Shown here: piece by piece, positions 37,146-46,339 of the stretch
How positions within the stretch are numbered: position 1 is the stretch's first letter
How the letters are laid out: every line of letters starts with the position of its first letter
From: Candidatus Micrarchaeota archaeon
Lineage (GTDB): Archaea; Micrarchaeota; Micrarchaeia; Norongarragalinales; Norongarragalinaceae
DNA: 64,000 nucleotides
Direction of reading: 5' to 3'
NCBI GenBank assembly: GCA_016207165.1
Contig: JACQQD010000008.1
Span: forward strand, 14,602 to 78,601
Position numbers and translations under genes: made by a program
The notes under the pieces: generated by a model
Databases searched by the model: none
What the model saw: the letters and a program-made list of their open reading frames with translations, nothing else
Told to the model about the DNA's origin: nothing

Positions 37146-37664
37146 ATGGCGTCGGAAGTCAGTTACGCGGCCCTCCGCTCGTTGCAGACCCAGGAACGCC
37201 ATTCGCCCCAGCTTCTGCCTTTGGATTCGGATTTCTACCAGCGCTACGCTTCGTGGCTGTCGGAATTGGAACAGAACGTGCGCGAGCGGTTCTCGTTGGA
37301 AGCCGCCAAGGAACTGGAAAGCGCGCGCAAGATTTTGAACGACGTGTTCACCTTGCGTGCCCAGAAAATCTTTTTCAAGGCATTGCGGGATTTCCGCGCC
37401 GGGCGGGTGGATGCCGCTGGACTCTCCGAACAAGAAAAAGAGTTATATACGGGCCTGGTTACCCTTCTTTCTCGGCACCAGTTGGGCGCTTCGATTCCCT
37501 CGGTTAACGGTGAACTTCAGGTGGACATCGTCGCCGACGTGCCGGCGTTTGTGGGTTTTGATGCGCAACCGTACGGGCCTTTCAGGCCCGGCCAGCGGGT
37601 CGTGCTTCCACGCAAGCAAGCCGAGTTTCTGCAACGCAAGGGCGTTGTCAAGGTGATTTCATGA
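37146..37664 (+). CDS. GINS complex subunit (Gins51 type)
   Basis: ERHSPQLLPLDSDFY A-domain; B-domain VPAFVGFD..YGPF..G..V.LP..A..L. Confidence 0.88.
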   Translation: MASEVSYAALRSLQTQERHSPQLLPLDSDFYQRYASWLSELEQNVRERFSLEAAKELESARKILNDVFTLRAQKIFFKALRDFRAGRVDAAGLSEQEKELYTGLVTLLSRHQLGASIPSVNGELQVDIVADVPAFVGFDAQPYGPFRPGQRVVLPRKQAEFLQRKGVVKVIS

Positions 37665-37948
37665 TCGTTCCAAAGCAGACCAACGCGTTTTGCGTCAAAT
37701 GCCAAACGCATACGGCGCACAAGGTCAAGGTGTCCACGTCCAAGTACAAGCCGGGTCGCACCCTGGCGTGGGGCACGCGCAAGCACGAACGCAAACTGGC
37801 GGGCTACCACGGCAAAGTCAAAGGCAAGGCCAACGTCCGCAAGCAGGGCATCCGCAACAAACTCATGCTGGAGTGTTCGACGTGCAAAAAAAAGCACGAG
37901 CGCGTCATTTCGGGCCGCATGAAGAAGAAGGCGGAAGTCCAACGTTAG
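37661..37948 (+). CDS. rpl44e: Ribosomal protein L44e
   Basis: FCVKCQTHTAH, GYHG, LECSTCKKKH. Confidence 0.95.
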   Translation: MIVPKQTNAFCVKCQTHTAHKVKVSTSKYKPGRTLAWGTRKHERKLAGYHGKVKGKANVRKQGIRNKLMLECSTCKKKHERVISGRMKKKAEVQR

Positions 37949-37963
37949 ATGAGGGTGATTTCC

Positions 37964-38125
37964 ATGAGCAAGTTCCTCCGAATCCAATGCGACTGCGGCG
38001 CGCAGCAAACCGTGTTTGGCGCCGCCAAGTCCACGATCAACTGCCAGTCCTGCGGCAACGAATTGGTTTCGTCCACCGGCGGCCAGGCCGAAGTGCTCTG
38101 CCGCGTTTTGGAAGTGTTCGGTTAA
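37964..38125 (+). CDS. rps27e: Ribosomal protein S27e
   Basis: Manual: MSKFLRIQCDCGAQQTVFGAAKSTINCQSCGNELVSSTGGQAEV. Confidence 0.93.
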   Translation: MSKFLRIQCDCGAQQTVFGAAKSTINCQSCGNELVSSTGGQAEVLCRVLEVFG

Positions 38126-38129
38126 CGTT

Positions 38130-38900
38130 ATGCCGAATTATCCGGAACGCGGAGAATTCGTCATCGCCAAAGTCAAGAAGATCCTTCCCTTTGGAGCGAT
38201 TCTGTCCCTCGATGAGTATAGCGCCCAGGAAGCCTTCGTCCACATTTCCGAAGTTTCCTCCGGCTGGGTGCGCAACATCCGCGACCACGTCAAGGAAGGT
38301 CAACTCACAGTAGCCAAAGTCATCCGGGTCGACGAGTCCAAGCACCAAGTGGACGTCTCGCTCAAAAGCGTTTCCGAGTCGGACAAGAAACGCAAACTGC
38401 AACTGAACCAATCCGAGAAACGCGCGCGCAAAATGCTGGAAGTCGTGGCCAAAAAACTCGGAAAACCCTTGGCCGTGGCCCTCCAGGAAGCTGGAAAGCC
38501 CCTGGAAGACGCTTACGGCGACTTGTATGCCGCGTTTGAGGCCATGGCCGCCGGCCAAGAGCTCTCCGCCAAGATTCCAAAAATGTGGGCCGCGGCGTTG
38601 ACGGAACTGGCCAAAAAAGAGATCAAGCCCAAACGCGTGTTCCTCAAGGCGCACCTCACACTCAAATCGTACGCCCCGGATGGCTTGGATCAAGTCAAAG
38701 CCGTCTTGGCGAAAATCGACGCGCAATCGTTTCCGGACGCCCAAAAGACGCTGCGTTACGTTTCCGCGCCCACCTATTTGGTGGAAGTCGAGACGGACCA
38801 ATTCAAACGCGCCGAAAAAATAATGGCCCACTTGTCGGCCTTGCTGGAACGCGAGGCGTCCGCCGCCCATTTTGAAGCGGCTTTTACGGTACAACGTTAA
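38130..38900 (+). CDS. eif2a: Translation initiation factor aIF2 alpha
   Basis: YPERGEFV, LDEY, HISEVSSGWVRNIRD, YVSAPTY. Confidence 0.96.
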   Translation: MPNYPERGEFVIAKVKKILPFGAILSLDEYSAQEAFVHISEVSSGWVRNIRDHVKEGQLTVAKVIRVDESKHQVDVSLKSVSESDKKRKLQLNQSEKRARKMLEVVAKKLGKPLAVALQEAGKPLEDAYGDLYAAFEAMAAGQELSAKIPKMWAAALTELAKKEIKPKRVFLKAHLTLKSYAPDGLDQVKAVLAKIDAQSFPDAQKTLRYVSAPTYLVEVETDQFKRAEKIMAHLSALLEREASAAHFEAAFTVQR

Positions 38901-38938
38901 GCCCACCGTTTTTATACGCGGCTTTCCTCTTCCTCTTC

Positions 38939-39088
38939 ATGAAGCGCCTACGACGTTGCATGCGCCGCCACTACAGCTTGAATGAGGCCTGCCCCGCGTG
39001 CGGCGGCGAAACGTTCTCTGCGCACCCGCCCAAATACTCGCCGCACGACAAGTACGCGTCCTACCGGAGGAGGCAAACACATGGTTGA
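38939..39088 (+). CDS. nop10: H/ACA RNP protein Nop10
   Basis: Manual: MKRLRRCMRRHYSLNEACPACGGETFSAHPPKYSPHDKYASYR. Confidence 0.93.
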   Translation: MKRLRRCMRRHYSLNEACPACGGETFSAHPPKYSPHDKYASYRRRQTHG

Positions 39089-39875
39089 AGCATCCTTTTC
39101 CGAGTCCTTCATCCGCGTGAAGAAAAAGCCGCGCCTCAAGAAACCCCTGCTGATCGTGGGATTGCCCGGCATCGGTTTCGTCAGTAAACTGGCGGTGGAC
39201 CACCTCGTGCGCGAGCTTTCCGCCAAACCGTTCGCCACGCTGTACTCGCCGCATTTTCCCAACCAAGTCCTGGCCCTGAAAAACGGGCGGCTGCGCGCGT
39301 TTTGCATGAAATTGTACTACGCCAAACTCCAGGGCCGTGACCTCGTGTTGTTGCGCGGCGACCTGCAGCCCCTGACCGTGGAAGGCCAATACGAAGTCTC
39401 CGCCAAACTCCTCTCGTTTTTCCGGGATTTGGGCGGAAAAGACGTGTTGTCCATGGCTGGCTACGCCATCCAACGCCAGCAAAAGACCCCCAACATTTTC
39501 GCGTACGCCACCTCCAAGACATTGGCCCAGTCGCTGTACAAACTGGGTGCCAAGCCCACCGGCGTGATTGTGCCGGTGGTCGGCATGGCCGGCTTGTTGC
39601 CGGCACTCTCCAAGCTCTACGGCTTGCGGGGGGCTTGTTTGTTGGTGGAAACCGCGGGCCAGAACGTCGACGCCGTGGGCGCCAAACACCTCGTCGCGCT
39701 CCTGGGGCGTTTGCTTAAACGCAAGTTCGACGTGAAGGCCCTGGAGGCCCGAGCCAAAAAGTCGCAGGTCATGATCAAGCGCATCGAACAGCAGGCCCGC
39801 CAAGAAGAAGTCGCCGCCATTTCCCCCGCGCCCCTGGAACCCGGTCAGAACCCCACCTCCGCCTACATCCAGTGA
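39081..39875 (+). CDS. PAC2 family proteasome assembly chaperone
   Basis: GLPGIGFVSKLAVDHL, GDLQP, GMAGLL, CLLVET; conserved position after nop10. Confidence 0.92.
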   Translation: MVEASFSESFIRVKKKPRLKKPLLIVGLPGIGFVSKLAVDHLVRELSAKPFATLYSPHFPNQVLALKNGRLRAFCMKLYYAKLQGRDLVLLRGDLQPLTVEGQYEVSAKLLSFFRDLGGKDVLSMAGYAIQRQQKTPNIFAYATSKTLAQSLYKLGAKPTGVIVPVVGMAGLLPALSKLYGLRGACLLVETAGQNVDAVGAKHLVALLGRLLKRKFDVKALEARAKKSQVMIKRIEQQARQEEVAAISPAPLEPGQNPTSAYIQ

Positions 39876-39938
39876 TTTCGCGAGGGGTTTCCTCCTGGAA
39901 AGCCCGTGCATTTTAACCCGTTTTCCTCGTTCAACTCT

Positions 39939-40697
39939 ATGGACGACGAGGCGGACCCCCATGCCCGCGGCGTGAAATTCGTTCCCATCCAGTTCCGCGT
40001 CACCGCTGACGGCGTGGTACCCACTGAATTTCGTGCACTGCCCATTCTGGAAGCCGCCGGCTATTTATCCATCGATCCACTGCAAACCGACGCATCACCC
40101 ACGCACCCCGTGGCGTCGTGCCCGGTGCCAGCGGACGCTTTACTTGTTGACATCGTTGCGTTTGAGCCGTCCAAGCATTTGGATGACGTCGTGCGCTTTT
40201 GCGCGCGCACGGCCAACGCCCCACAATCCCTTTTTAGGCGGGAACTCTTGAAGTTGTACCACCGGCTTCCCACCGGCTTTTTCGTCGCCCTCGCAAAAGA
40301 CACGGGCCGGCCGGTTGGGTTCATCAGCATGGGTTTTCTAAAACCCAAGCCCCTGCGTTTTTTGATGGGAATCCTGGGAAGCCTGCTTCCGGCTGCCGTG
40401 GAACCGCTGGTGCGGGGCTTGGTCGCCTTGCGCGTGGTTTCGACCTTTGAAGTGGCCAACGTCATCGTCGATTTGGACTATCAACGCCAGGGCATTGGAG
40501 GCCAATTGATCGGCTTGGGCGAGCGTTTCATCGCTTCCCGATTCACCCAGTCCCGTGTCAGCCTGTACGTGCGCGAGGACAACGTGTCCGCCCTGCGTTT
40601 ATACCGCAAGCTGGGATTCAAAACATTGGACGCGTTTTTGCTGGGCGGCCGCAAGAAGCTCGTGCTTTCCAAAGCCATCTCAACCTCGCCCATTTAA
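39939..40697 (+). CDS. GNAT N-acetyltransferase
   Basis: VDLDYQRQGIGGQL, LYVREDNVSALRLYRKLGF; alternative GTG start at 40110. Confidence 0.88.
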   Translation: MDDEADPHARGVKFVPIQFRVTADGVVPTEFRALPILEAAGYLSIDPLQTDASPTHPVASCPVPADALLVDIVAFEPSKHLDDVVRFCARTANAPQSLFRRELLKLYHRLPTGFFVALAKDTGRPVGFISMGFLKPKPLRFLMGILGSLLPAAVEPLVRGLVALRVVSTFEVANVIVDLDYQRQGIGGQLIGLGERFIASRFTQSRVSLYVREDNVSALRLYRKLGFKTLDAFLLGGRKKLVLSKAISTSPI

Positions 40698-40776
40698 ACC
40701 ATTTCGCCCAACCATTTCGTGGAGTGTTTTCCACGTGCCGGTCAAGCTGTCCAAGTCGCCGCGAACCACGCACCCC

Positions 40777-41133
40777 ATGGCCTCCTGCCCGGTGCTCACC
40801 AACATTGAACTCATTGAAAGAAAATGGATGCTTCCCCTGCTTTTGGAATTCTTTTCCTCCAAAAAACGGCAATCCTTTTCCACCCTCCAGCGCGGCTTGC
40901 AACCCATCACCGCGAAAATCCTGGCCCGGCGCCTGGATGAACTGCAAGCCCACGGCTACGTCAACCGCGTCGAAAAAGGCGCCCGCGTCACGTATGCGCC
41001 CACCCGGAAAAGCTCGATGCTCCGCGGCTTGGTGGCCGTACTGAAAAAATACCGCGTGGCCTGCTCGGAGGCTGACCGCGAACGCTGCGCCACCTGCTCG
41101 CAACGCGACCGATGCGTGGCCGCATACGGCTGA
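40777..41133 (+). CDS. HxlR/DUF24 winged-helix regulator with Cys-rich tail
   Basis: SCPV..IELIERKW, FSTLQRGL.PITAKILARRLDEL..HGYV. Confidence 0.88.
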   Translation: MASCPVLTNIELIERKWMLPLLLEFFSSKKRQSFSTLQRGLQPITAKILARRLDELQAHGYVNRVEKGARVTYAPTRKSSMLRGLVAVLKKYRVACSEADRERCATCSQRDRCVAAYG

Positions 41134-41211
41134 TGAATCCTTTGGCAAACCGTTTTTTAGTTCCCCCTCGCCCAAGCAATCCATGAGGCCTCGCCCCCTC
41201 CCGGTGTTTTG

Positions 41212-42450
41212 ATGCGCCACTTTGCCGACCTCCATTTTCACTCCAAGTATTCGCGCGCCGTGTCCCCGCACATGGAACTGGACGGCTTGGCTGCTGGCGC
41301 CAAGCAAAAAGGCCTCACCATTTTGGGCACGGGCGACTTCACGCATCCGCTTTGGTTCAAGGAACTGAAAAACCGCCTGCAACCCGAAGGCAACGGATTT
41401 TATCGGTTGAACGACGCGTCGGTGCGCTTCATGCTGACGTGCGAAGTCTCCACCATCGCTTCCATGCCCAAAGGCGTCAAGCGCGTCCACCACGTGCTTC
41501 ACGCGGCAGATTTGGACGTCGTCGCGCAAGTCAACGACGTTCTTTCCAAGAAAGGCAACCTGGCGGCCGACGGGCGGCCCACCTTCGGCAAGACCACTCC
41601 CACGGAATTGGTGGAGTTGCTCATGGAGGTCTCCCGCGACATCGTCGTGGTGCCGGCCCACATCTGGACGCCGTGGTTTTCCGTCTTCGGCTCAAAAAGC
41701 GGCTTTGACTCCATTCAAGAGGCGTACCAGGACCAGGCCAAACACATTTTCGCGTTGGAGACCGGCATGTCTAGCGACCCGGCGATGAACTGGCGCGTCA
41801 GCGGGCTGGACCGCTTTACCCTCATGAGCAACTCCGACAGCCACTCCCCCCACCCGTGGCGCTTGGGTCGGGAATGCAACGCCTTTGAATTCGGCGAAGA
41901 ACAGCTCTCCTATGCCGCGTTATGGAACGCCGTCCGCGAAAAAGACCAAACCCACTTCAAGTACACCGTCGAGACGCCGCCGGCGTACGGCAAATACCAT
42001 TGGGATGGCCACCGCGCCTGCGGGTTTTCCTGTCCGCCGGAGAAAACACGACAATTGAACGGCCACTGCCCCGTATGCAACAAACCGTTGACCCTGGGCG
42101 TCCAGTACCGAGTCGAAGAACTCGCCGACCGGCCGCAAGGCGTCGTGCCCGAAAACGCGGTGCCTTTCAAGACCCTGCTTCCCCTTCACGAATTGCTCTC
42201 GGCGGTGACCGGCAAGGCGTTGACCACGCAAACCGTCCAGAAAACCGCTGATGCGCTCATTGCCAAAGCGGGAAGCGAATTGGCCGTGCTTTTGGATTTG
42301 GACCCCAACGATCTGACCGCCGTCGCCGGGGCTTTTGTGGCTCGCGCCGTCCTGGACAACCGCGCGACCGCCGTTTCGGTAGTTCCAGGCTTTGATGGCC
42401 AATACGGCAAGCCCCAGCTTTCGGACGGCCAACAACGGCTCAATGAATGA
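41212..42450 (+). CDS. Endonuclease Q family (PHP domain plus Zn finger)
   Basis: ADLHFHSKYS, GTGDFTHP, PAHIWTPW, SNSDSHS, GKYHWDGHRAC, CPVC, PGFDGQYG. Confidence 0.9.
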   Translation: MRHFADLHFHSKYSRAVSPHMELDGLAAGAKQKGLTILGTGDFTHPLWFKELKNRLQPEGNGFYRLNDASVRFMLTCEVSTIASMPKGVKRVHHVLHAADLDVVAQVNDVLSKKGNLAADGRPTFGKTTPTELVELLMEVSRDIVVVPAHIWTPWFSVFGSKSGFDSIQEAYQDQAKHIFALETGMSSDPAMNWRVSGLDRFTLMSNSDSHSPHPWRLGRECNAFEFGEEQLSYAALWNAVREKDQTHFKYTVETPPAYGKYHWDGHRACGFSCPPEKTRQLNGHCPVCNKPLTLGVQYRVEELADRPQGVVPENAVPFKTLLPLHELLSAVTGKALTTQTVQKTADALIAKAGSELAVLLDLDPNDLTAVAGAFVARAVLDNRATAVSVVPGFDGQYGKPQLSDGQQRLNE

Positions 42451-42570
42451 AGCGTTCCCCTTCCTTTCCAGGCGGTTTCCGGTTTTCCTGAAACCAATTC
42501 CAGCGGATTCGCGTTTCCCTAGACCTTCATTTGGTTTTTCGTTACGGTTTTAAACGCCGGATTCGTTGCA

Positions 42571-42873
42571 ATGAACGGGTGCGTTTTGTTGGCTTCAGAA
42601 CTAGTCATATGGGGCGGATTCGGCGTCAGTATCCTCTTCATCGGGGTGGCCTATTACGCGCTGGTCGTCGTGCGTTCGGCCCGGAAAAAACTCCGCGCCA
42701 TGGAAGACCATGTCCAATCCCTGGAAAAAGGCTTTGACGCCGTCAACGAGCAACTCCACTCCGTGCAGCGAAGCCTTTCGACGAAGGTCGGCGCTTCGCA
42801 ACTGGAAGAACAATACTCCGCGTTCTTGGCCAAGCTCTTGCGGAAGAAACTGGTGGTGAAGTCCCGTGGTTGA
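42571..42873 (+). CDS. Single-TM coiled-coil protein
   Basis: TM helix followed by heptad helix. Confidence 0.65.
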   Translation: MNGCVLLASELVIWGGFGVSILFIGVAYYALVVVRSARKKLRAMEDHVQSLEKGFDAVNEQLHSVQRSLSTKVGASQLEEQYSAFLAKLLRKKLVVKSRG

Positions 42874-43135
42874 ATTCGAAGTCATCGGTCTGGCAATCGT
42901 CATTCTCTTGGTGTTTTTGTACATGATCAAGGTGGTCTTGGACTTGCAGGCCACCATTTCCTCCAGCATCAGCCGCGTGGAATCCAAGCTGGACGGCTTG
43001 GAACAGACGGCGTCCCACGTCACTTCCGACATGGCCACGCTCAAGCGGTCCCTGAACGACAAAGTGGACCGGTCGTACGTGGAAAAACGCCTGGTCGGCC
43101 TTTCCGAATTGCTTAAGAAAGACAAAAAGCGCTGA
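42866..43135 (+). CDS. Single-TM coiled-coil protein
   Basis: Same architecture as the upstream gene; both have SLxxKV near the C-terminus. Confidence 0.7.
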   Translation: MVEFEVIGLAIVILLVFLYMIKVVLDLQATISSSISRVESKLDGLEQTASHVTSDMATLKRSLNDKVDRSYVEKRLVGLSELLKKDKKR

Positions 43136-44917
43136 ATGATTATGCGTGCCTGGGTTGCGGCGCTGGTTTTCCTTGGAACCGTATCCGCTCTCAGCGTAAC
43201 GCTTACGTCGCCATCCGACGGCCTTCTTTCTTCGTCGGCTTCCCACGTGTTTTCGTTCACGGTGGACTCCAACGTTTCCTGGTGTGCGTTGTACTCCAAC
43301 CAATCCGGTTGGGCCGCGGTGCAAAACCAATCCAGTGCAACCTCATTGAATCATTCGATGCCCGCCGATGGCTCGTACCTTTGGGGGGTTTCCTGCGCGG
43401 ACGCGAACGGCACTTCATTTTCTTCCAACCGCACCCTACGCGTTGACGCCACGGCCCCCTCCGCGGTGTCCAACCTGTCGGCGTCCGGCACCACGTCGGC
43501 CACGCTTTCCTGGAACGCGTCCTCTGACAATTCCTCCGTCACGTACACGGTCTCCCGCAACGGCACCGCGGTTTCCACCGGGCAGTCGGGGCTGGCGTTT
43601 TCCGAAGCCGTGACATCCGGTCAATCCTACAATTACTCCGTTCAGGCCGTGGATGCCGCCGGCAACGCGGGCCCCGCCCAAAACGTGGTGTTTCACGCGC
43701 CGGCCGCTTCGGTGGCCATTTCCGGCTTGAGTGTTTCAACCACGCCATCCACGGCCACGTTTACTTGGACCAATACGCCGGCGGCCAACGCGTCTGTTTC
43801 GTACGGCAACCAAACCGCGGTGCTGGGCATCGTGTCCAACCCCACCCCCGGTTCCAGCCCCTCGCTTTCCATTGCCGGACTATCTGCGGCCATGACATAC
43901 CCCTACAACGTCACGGCGTGCACCACCACGTGCACCCAAGTCTCCGGCTCGTTTGCCACTAAGCCGTCATCGTATCCTTCGCCCTCCCAAATCCAAAACA
44001 TCAACTCGACGGCAAGCCTTCCCGCACTTTTTTCCGCGTTCTGGACGGACTCCCTGAATTTGTCTCACTATGTTTTCTCCACCAACGTGTCGGGGTCCTG
44101 GGTCAACACGACGTATGCCTTCAACGGTTCCTACAGCAACCACTCCATGATTCTTCCATCCACGGCCATGACCATTGCGTGGCAGTTCTTTGCCAACAAC
44201 TCCCAGAACGCCTTCAACTTCACGCCCGTGAAAAACGTCACGGTCCAACTCCCCGCGCCTTCGGCGACTCCCACGCCCGCCGTGGCCACGCCGTTTCCCA
44301 CGATTCCACCGCAACTGGTCAAAGCCACGCCGACTCCCGAGGCGCCCGCCGCCACCCCAACACCCACGCTGGCACCCGTCGAAGAAGCATCTGCGGAAGC
44401 GTTGCCTTCGGCGCCGCCGAATTTCTCGGGACAACTCGTCGAGTTGGTGGTCAACGCCGAGGGCGCCGAGTTCGGCTTGAGTCCCGAGGGGCTCTTGGTG
44501 TCTCTGGTTGCTCCCAACGCCACCGTGTCTTTTGCATCCCAATTCAACAACACCGGATCCGGAGTCACCGTGGTCTTGCGATCCGAGTTGACGGGTGACT
44601 CCGGCGTTTTGCTCTTGGAATCCGACCCCGTCACCGTCCGGTCCGGCCAGTCCATTCACCTTGAGACTCGGCCGCAAACCGTGCCTTCCGGCGTCTACGA
44701 CGTGAAAGCCGAAGTCGTGAACCTGGAAGCCGGCACCGTCCTTTTCGCTACGACGGGTCCTCGCGTCCACATCCAGTCGACGGCAAAGGCTCAAAACGCG
44801 TTCACGGGTCTTTTTTCCGGAGGCGACGCCTCCGTGGCTTTCGGCGGACTGGCGTTGGTCTTGGGCGTCGGCGTGTTTTTGGTGCAACAGCTCGCTTCAC
44901 TCAAGAAAGAGTTCTGA
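43136..44917 (+). CDS. Surface glycoprotein with FN3/Ig-like domains
   Basis: Signal peptide, WNASSDN..YSVQAVDAAGN FN3 motif, many NxS/T sequons, Pro/Thr linker, TGLF plus C-terminal TM. Confidence 0.85.
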   Translation: MIMRAWVAALVFLGTVSALSVTLTSPSDGLLSSSASHVFSFTVDSNVSWCALYSNQSGWAAVQNQSSATSLNHSMPADGSYLWGVSCADANGTSFSSNRTLRVDATAPSAVSNLSASGTTSATLSWNASSDNSSVTYTVSRNGTAVSTGQSGLAFSEAVTSGQSYNYSVQAVDAAGNAGPAQNVVFHAPAASVAISGLSVSTTPSTATFTWTNTPAANASVSYGNQTAVLGIVSNPTPGSSPSLSIAGLSAAMTYPYNVTACTTTCTQVSGSFATKPSSYPSPSQIQNINSTASLPALFSAFWTDSLNLSHYVFSTNVSGSWVNTTYAFNGSYSNHSMILPSTAMTIAWQFFANNSQNAFNFTPVKNVTVQLPAPSATPTPAVATPFPTIPPQLVKATPTPEAPAATPTPTLAPVEEASAEALPSAPPNFSGQLVELVVNAEGAEFGLSPEGLLVSLVAPNATVSFASQFNNTGSGVTVVLRSELTGDSGVLLLESDPVTVRSGQSIHLETRPQTVPSGVYDVKAEVVNLEAGTVLFATTGPRVHIQSTAKAQNAFTGLFSGGDASVAFGGLALVLGVGVFLVQQLASLKKEF

Positions 44918-44920
44918 TTT

Positions 44921-45253
44921 TCAGCGCTTAAAATAAAAGAAAAGCAAGATCAGCGACGCGGCGCCAGCCAGCGTGATGTCGAGGTTCAACGCGAACACGG
45001 CCAACAAGATGGCGGCCAAGCCCACCATGAAGAAGGTGAGTTTGTCCATGCCGAACACCGTTCCCGTCTCCTGGTACGCGGCCGGCGCTTGGGCTTCGCC
45101 GGTGGCGGGAACGCTTCCCTGGCTTAACGGTTGAACGTTGCCGGTTTGGGGGTCGACTTGCACGGCGAAACCGCAGTTCTTGCAGTACACCACGCTGTTT
45201 TGGGGGTCGACATCCAAGTTGGGGTTGCCGCACTGGGGACAGGCCACGTCCAT
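44921..45253 (-). CDS. Zn-ribbon protein with two C-terminal TM helices
   Basis: CPQCG...YCKNCGF followed by a hydrophobic hairpin. Confidence 0.8.
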   Translation of the reverse strand: MDVACPQCGNPNLDVDPQNSVVYCKNCGFAVQVDPQTGNVQPLSQGSVPATGEAQAPAAYQETGTVFGMDKLTFFMVGLAAILLAVFALNLDITLAGAASLILLFFYFKR

Positions 45254-45343
45254 GCAAGGCTTAACGCGGACTCCGTTTAAAAGGTTTCATCCCCGTTCGC
45301 GGTGATAGCTTAAAATAGCTTTCCCGGCTAATTCGTTGCCGTT

Positions 45344-45967
45344 ATGCCCTTTCGAAAATTCATCAACTGGCTGACGAGTCTATTTGGTTCGAAGAAGTCC
45401 TTCTCTCTGGGTTTGTACGGCAACGTCAACGCCGGAAAAAGTACGCTCGCCAACCGCATTTCTAAGGATTGGACCGGCGAGGAAATGAGCCAAGTCTCGG
45501 AGATTCCCCACGAGACGCGCGAAGTCATCAAAAAAGAACGCGTTTCGTTGCAAGTGGACGGCGTGTCCATCACCATGAATTTGTTGGACATGCCCGGCAT
45601 TGCCACGAAAGTGGACTACCGGGACTTCGTCAAACGGGGGATGAAGGCCGCCGACGCGCAGAAGCGCGCCAAGGAGGCCACCAAAGGCATCATCGAAGCC
45701 ATCAAGTGGCTGGAGCACGTTGACGCGGCTCTGCTTGTCATGGATGCGTGCGAGGATCCCTACACCCAAGTCAACATCACGATTCTGGGCAATTTGGAGG
45801 CGCGCAAAATCCCGGTCATCATCGTGGCCAACAAGATCGACAAGAAAAACGCGAAACCCGACCGCATCAAAAACGCGTTCCCCCAGCACCGCCTCGTCGA
45901 AGTTTCCGCCTTGAAGGGCACCCACGTCGACAAGCTCTACAAGGCCATCGCCGAATGCGCCAAGTGA
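45344..45967 (+). CDS. oapA: Era-like small GTPase (OapA)
   Basis: GNVNAGKSTLANRI, IPHETR, DMPG, DPYTQVN..GNLEAR, ANKID, SAL. Confidence 0.9.
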   Translation: MPFRKFINWLTSLFGSKKSFSLGLYGNVNAGKSTLANRISKDWTGEEMSQVSEIPHETREVIKKERVSLQVDGVSITMNLLDMPGIATKVDYRDFVKRGMKAADAQKRAKEATKGIIEAIKWLEHVDAALLVMDACEDPYTQVNITILGNLEARKIPVIIVANKIDKKNAKPDRIKNAFPQHRLVEVSALKGTHVDKLYKAIAECAK

Positions 45968-45977
45968 TGAACCAACC

Positions 45978-46334
45978 ATGGGCATCGAACTGCAATTCAT
46001 TTCCGCCGAGGCGCTTCGTGACAAGACGCCGCCCCAGAAAGTCGAATTCATTTTGGAAGAAATCAAGAAATCCAAGGATCGAATCCTCGTGATTGAAGGC
46101 TCGCTTTCCAACGTGGAAGAGCGCGAACTGATTGCCAAGACCATGCAGTTGGTGTCCAAAAAGTTTCCCGGCATTGAAGTGGCTTCCCTGGGGGAACAGT
46201 CCTCGGACTTCAAGGCGCAGCTCATCAAGCTTCTCGGAGGAAAGCCCGCGGGGTTGACCGTCGTGGGGCCCTCGACGCTCGTCAAACAGATCAAGCGCGA
46301 CCCGAACAAGCTGAGTTTGTTGACGGGAAAGTAG
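45978..46334 (+). CDS. oapB: DUF2073 protein (OapB)
   Basis: IEGSL..EE..LI..TM...FPGIE, GLTVVGP. Confidence 0.88.
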   Translation: MGIELQFISAEALRDKTPPQKVEFILEEIKKSKDRILVIEGSLSNVEERELIAKTMQLVSKKFPGIEVASLGEQSSDFKAQLIKLLGGKPAGLTVVGPSTLVKQIKRDPNKLSLLTGK

Positions 46335-46339
46335 CGGGT

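Noticed and set aside
36562-37664. Absence of primase and PCNA upstream of GINS-L44e-S27e-aIF2a-nop10
   Set aside because: Rearrangement of this cluster is common; it says little without the rest of the genome.
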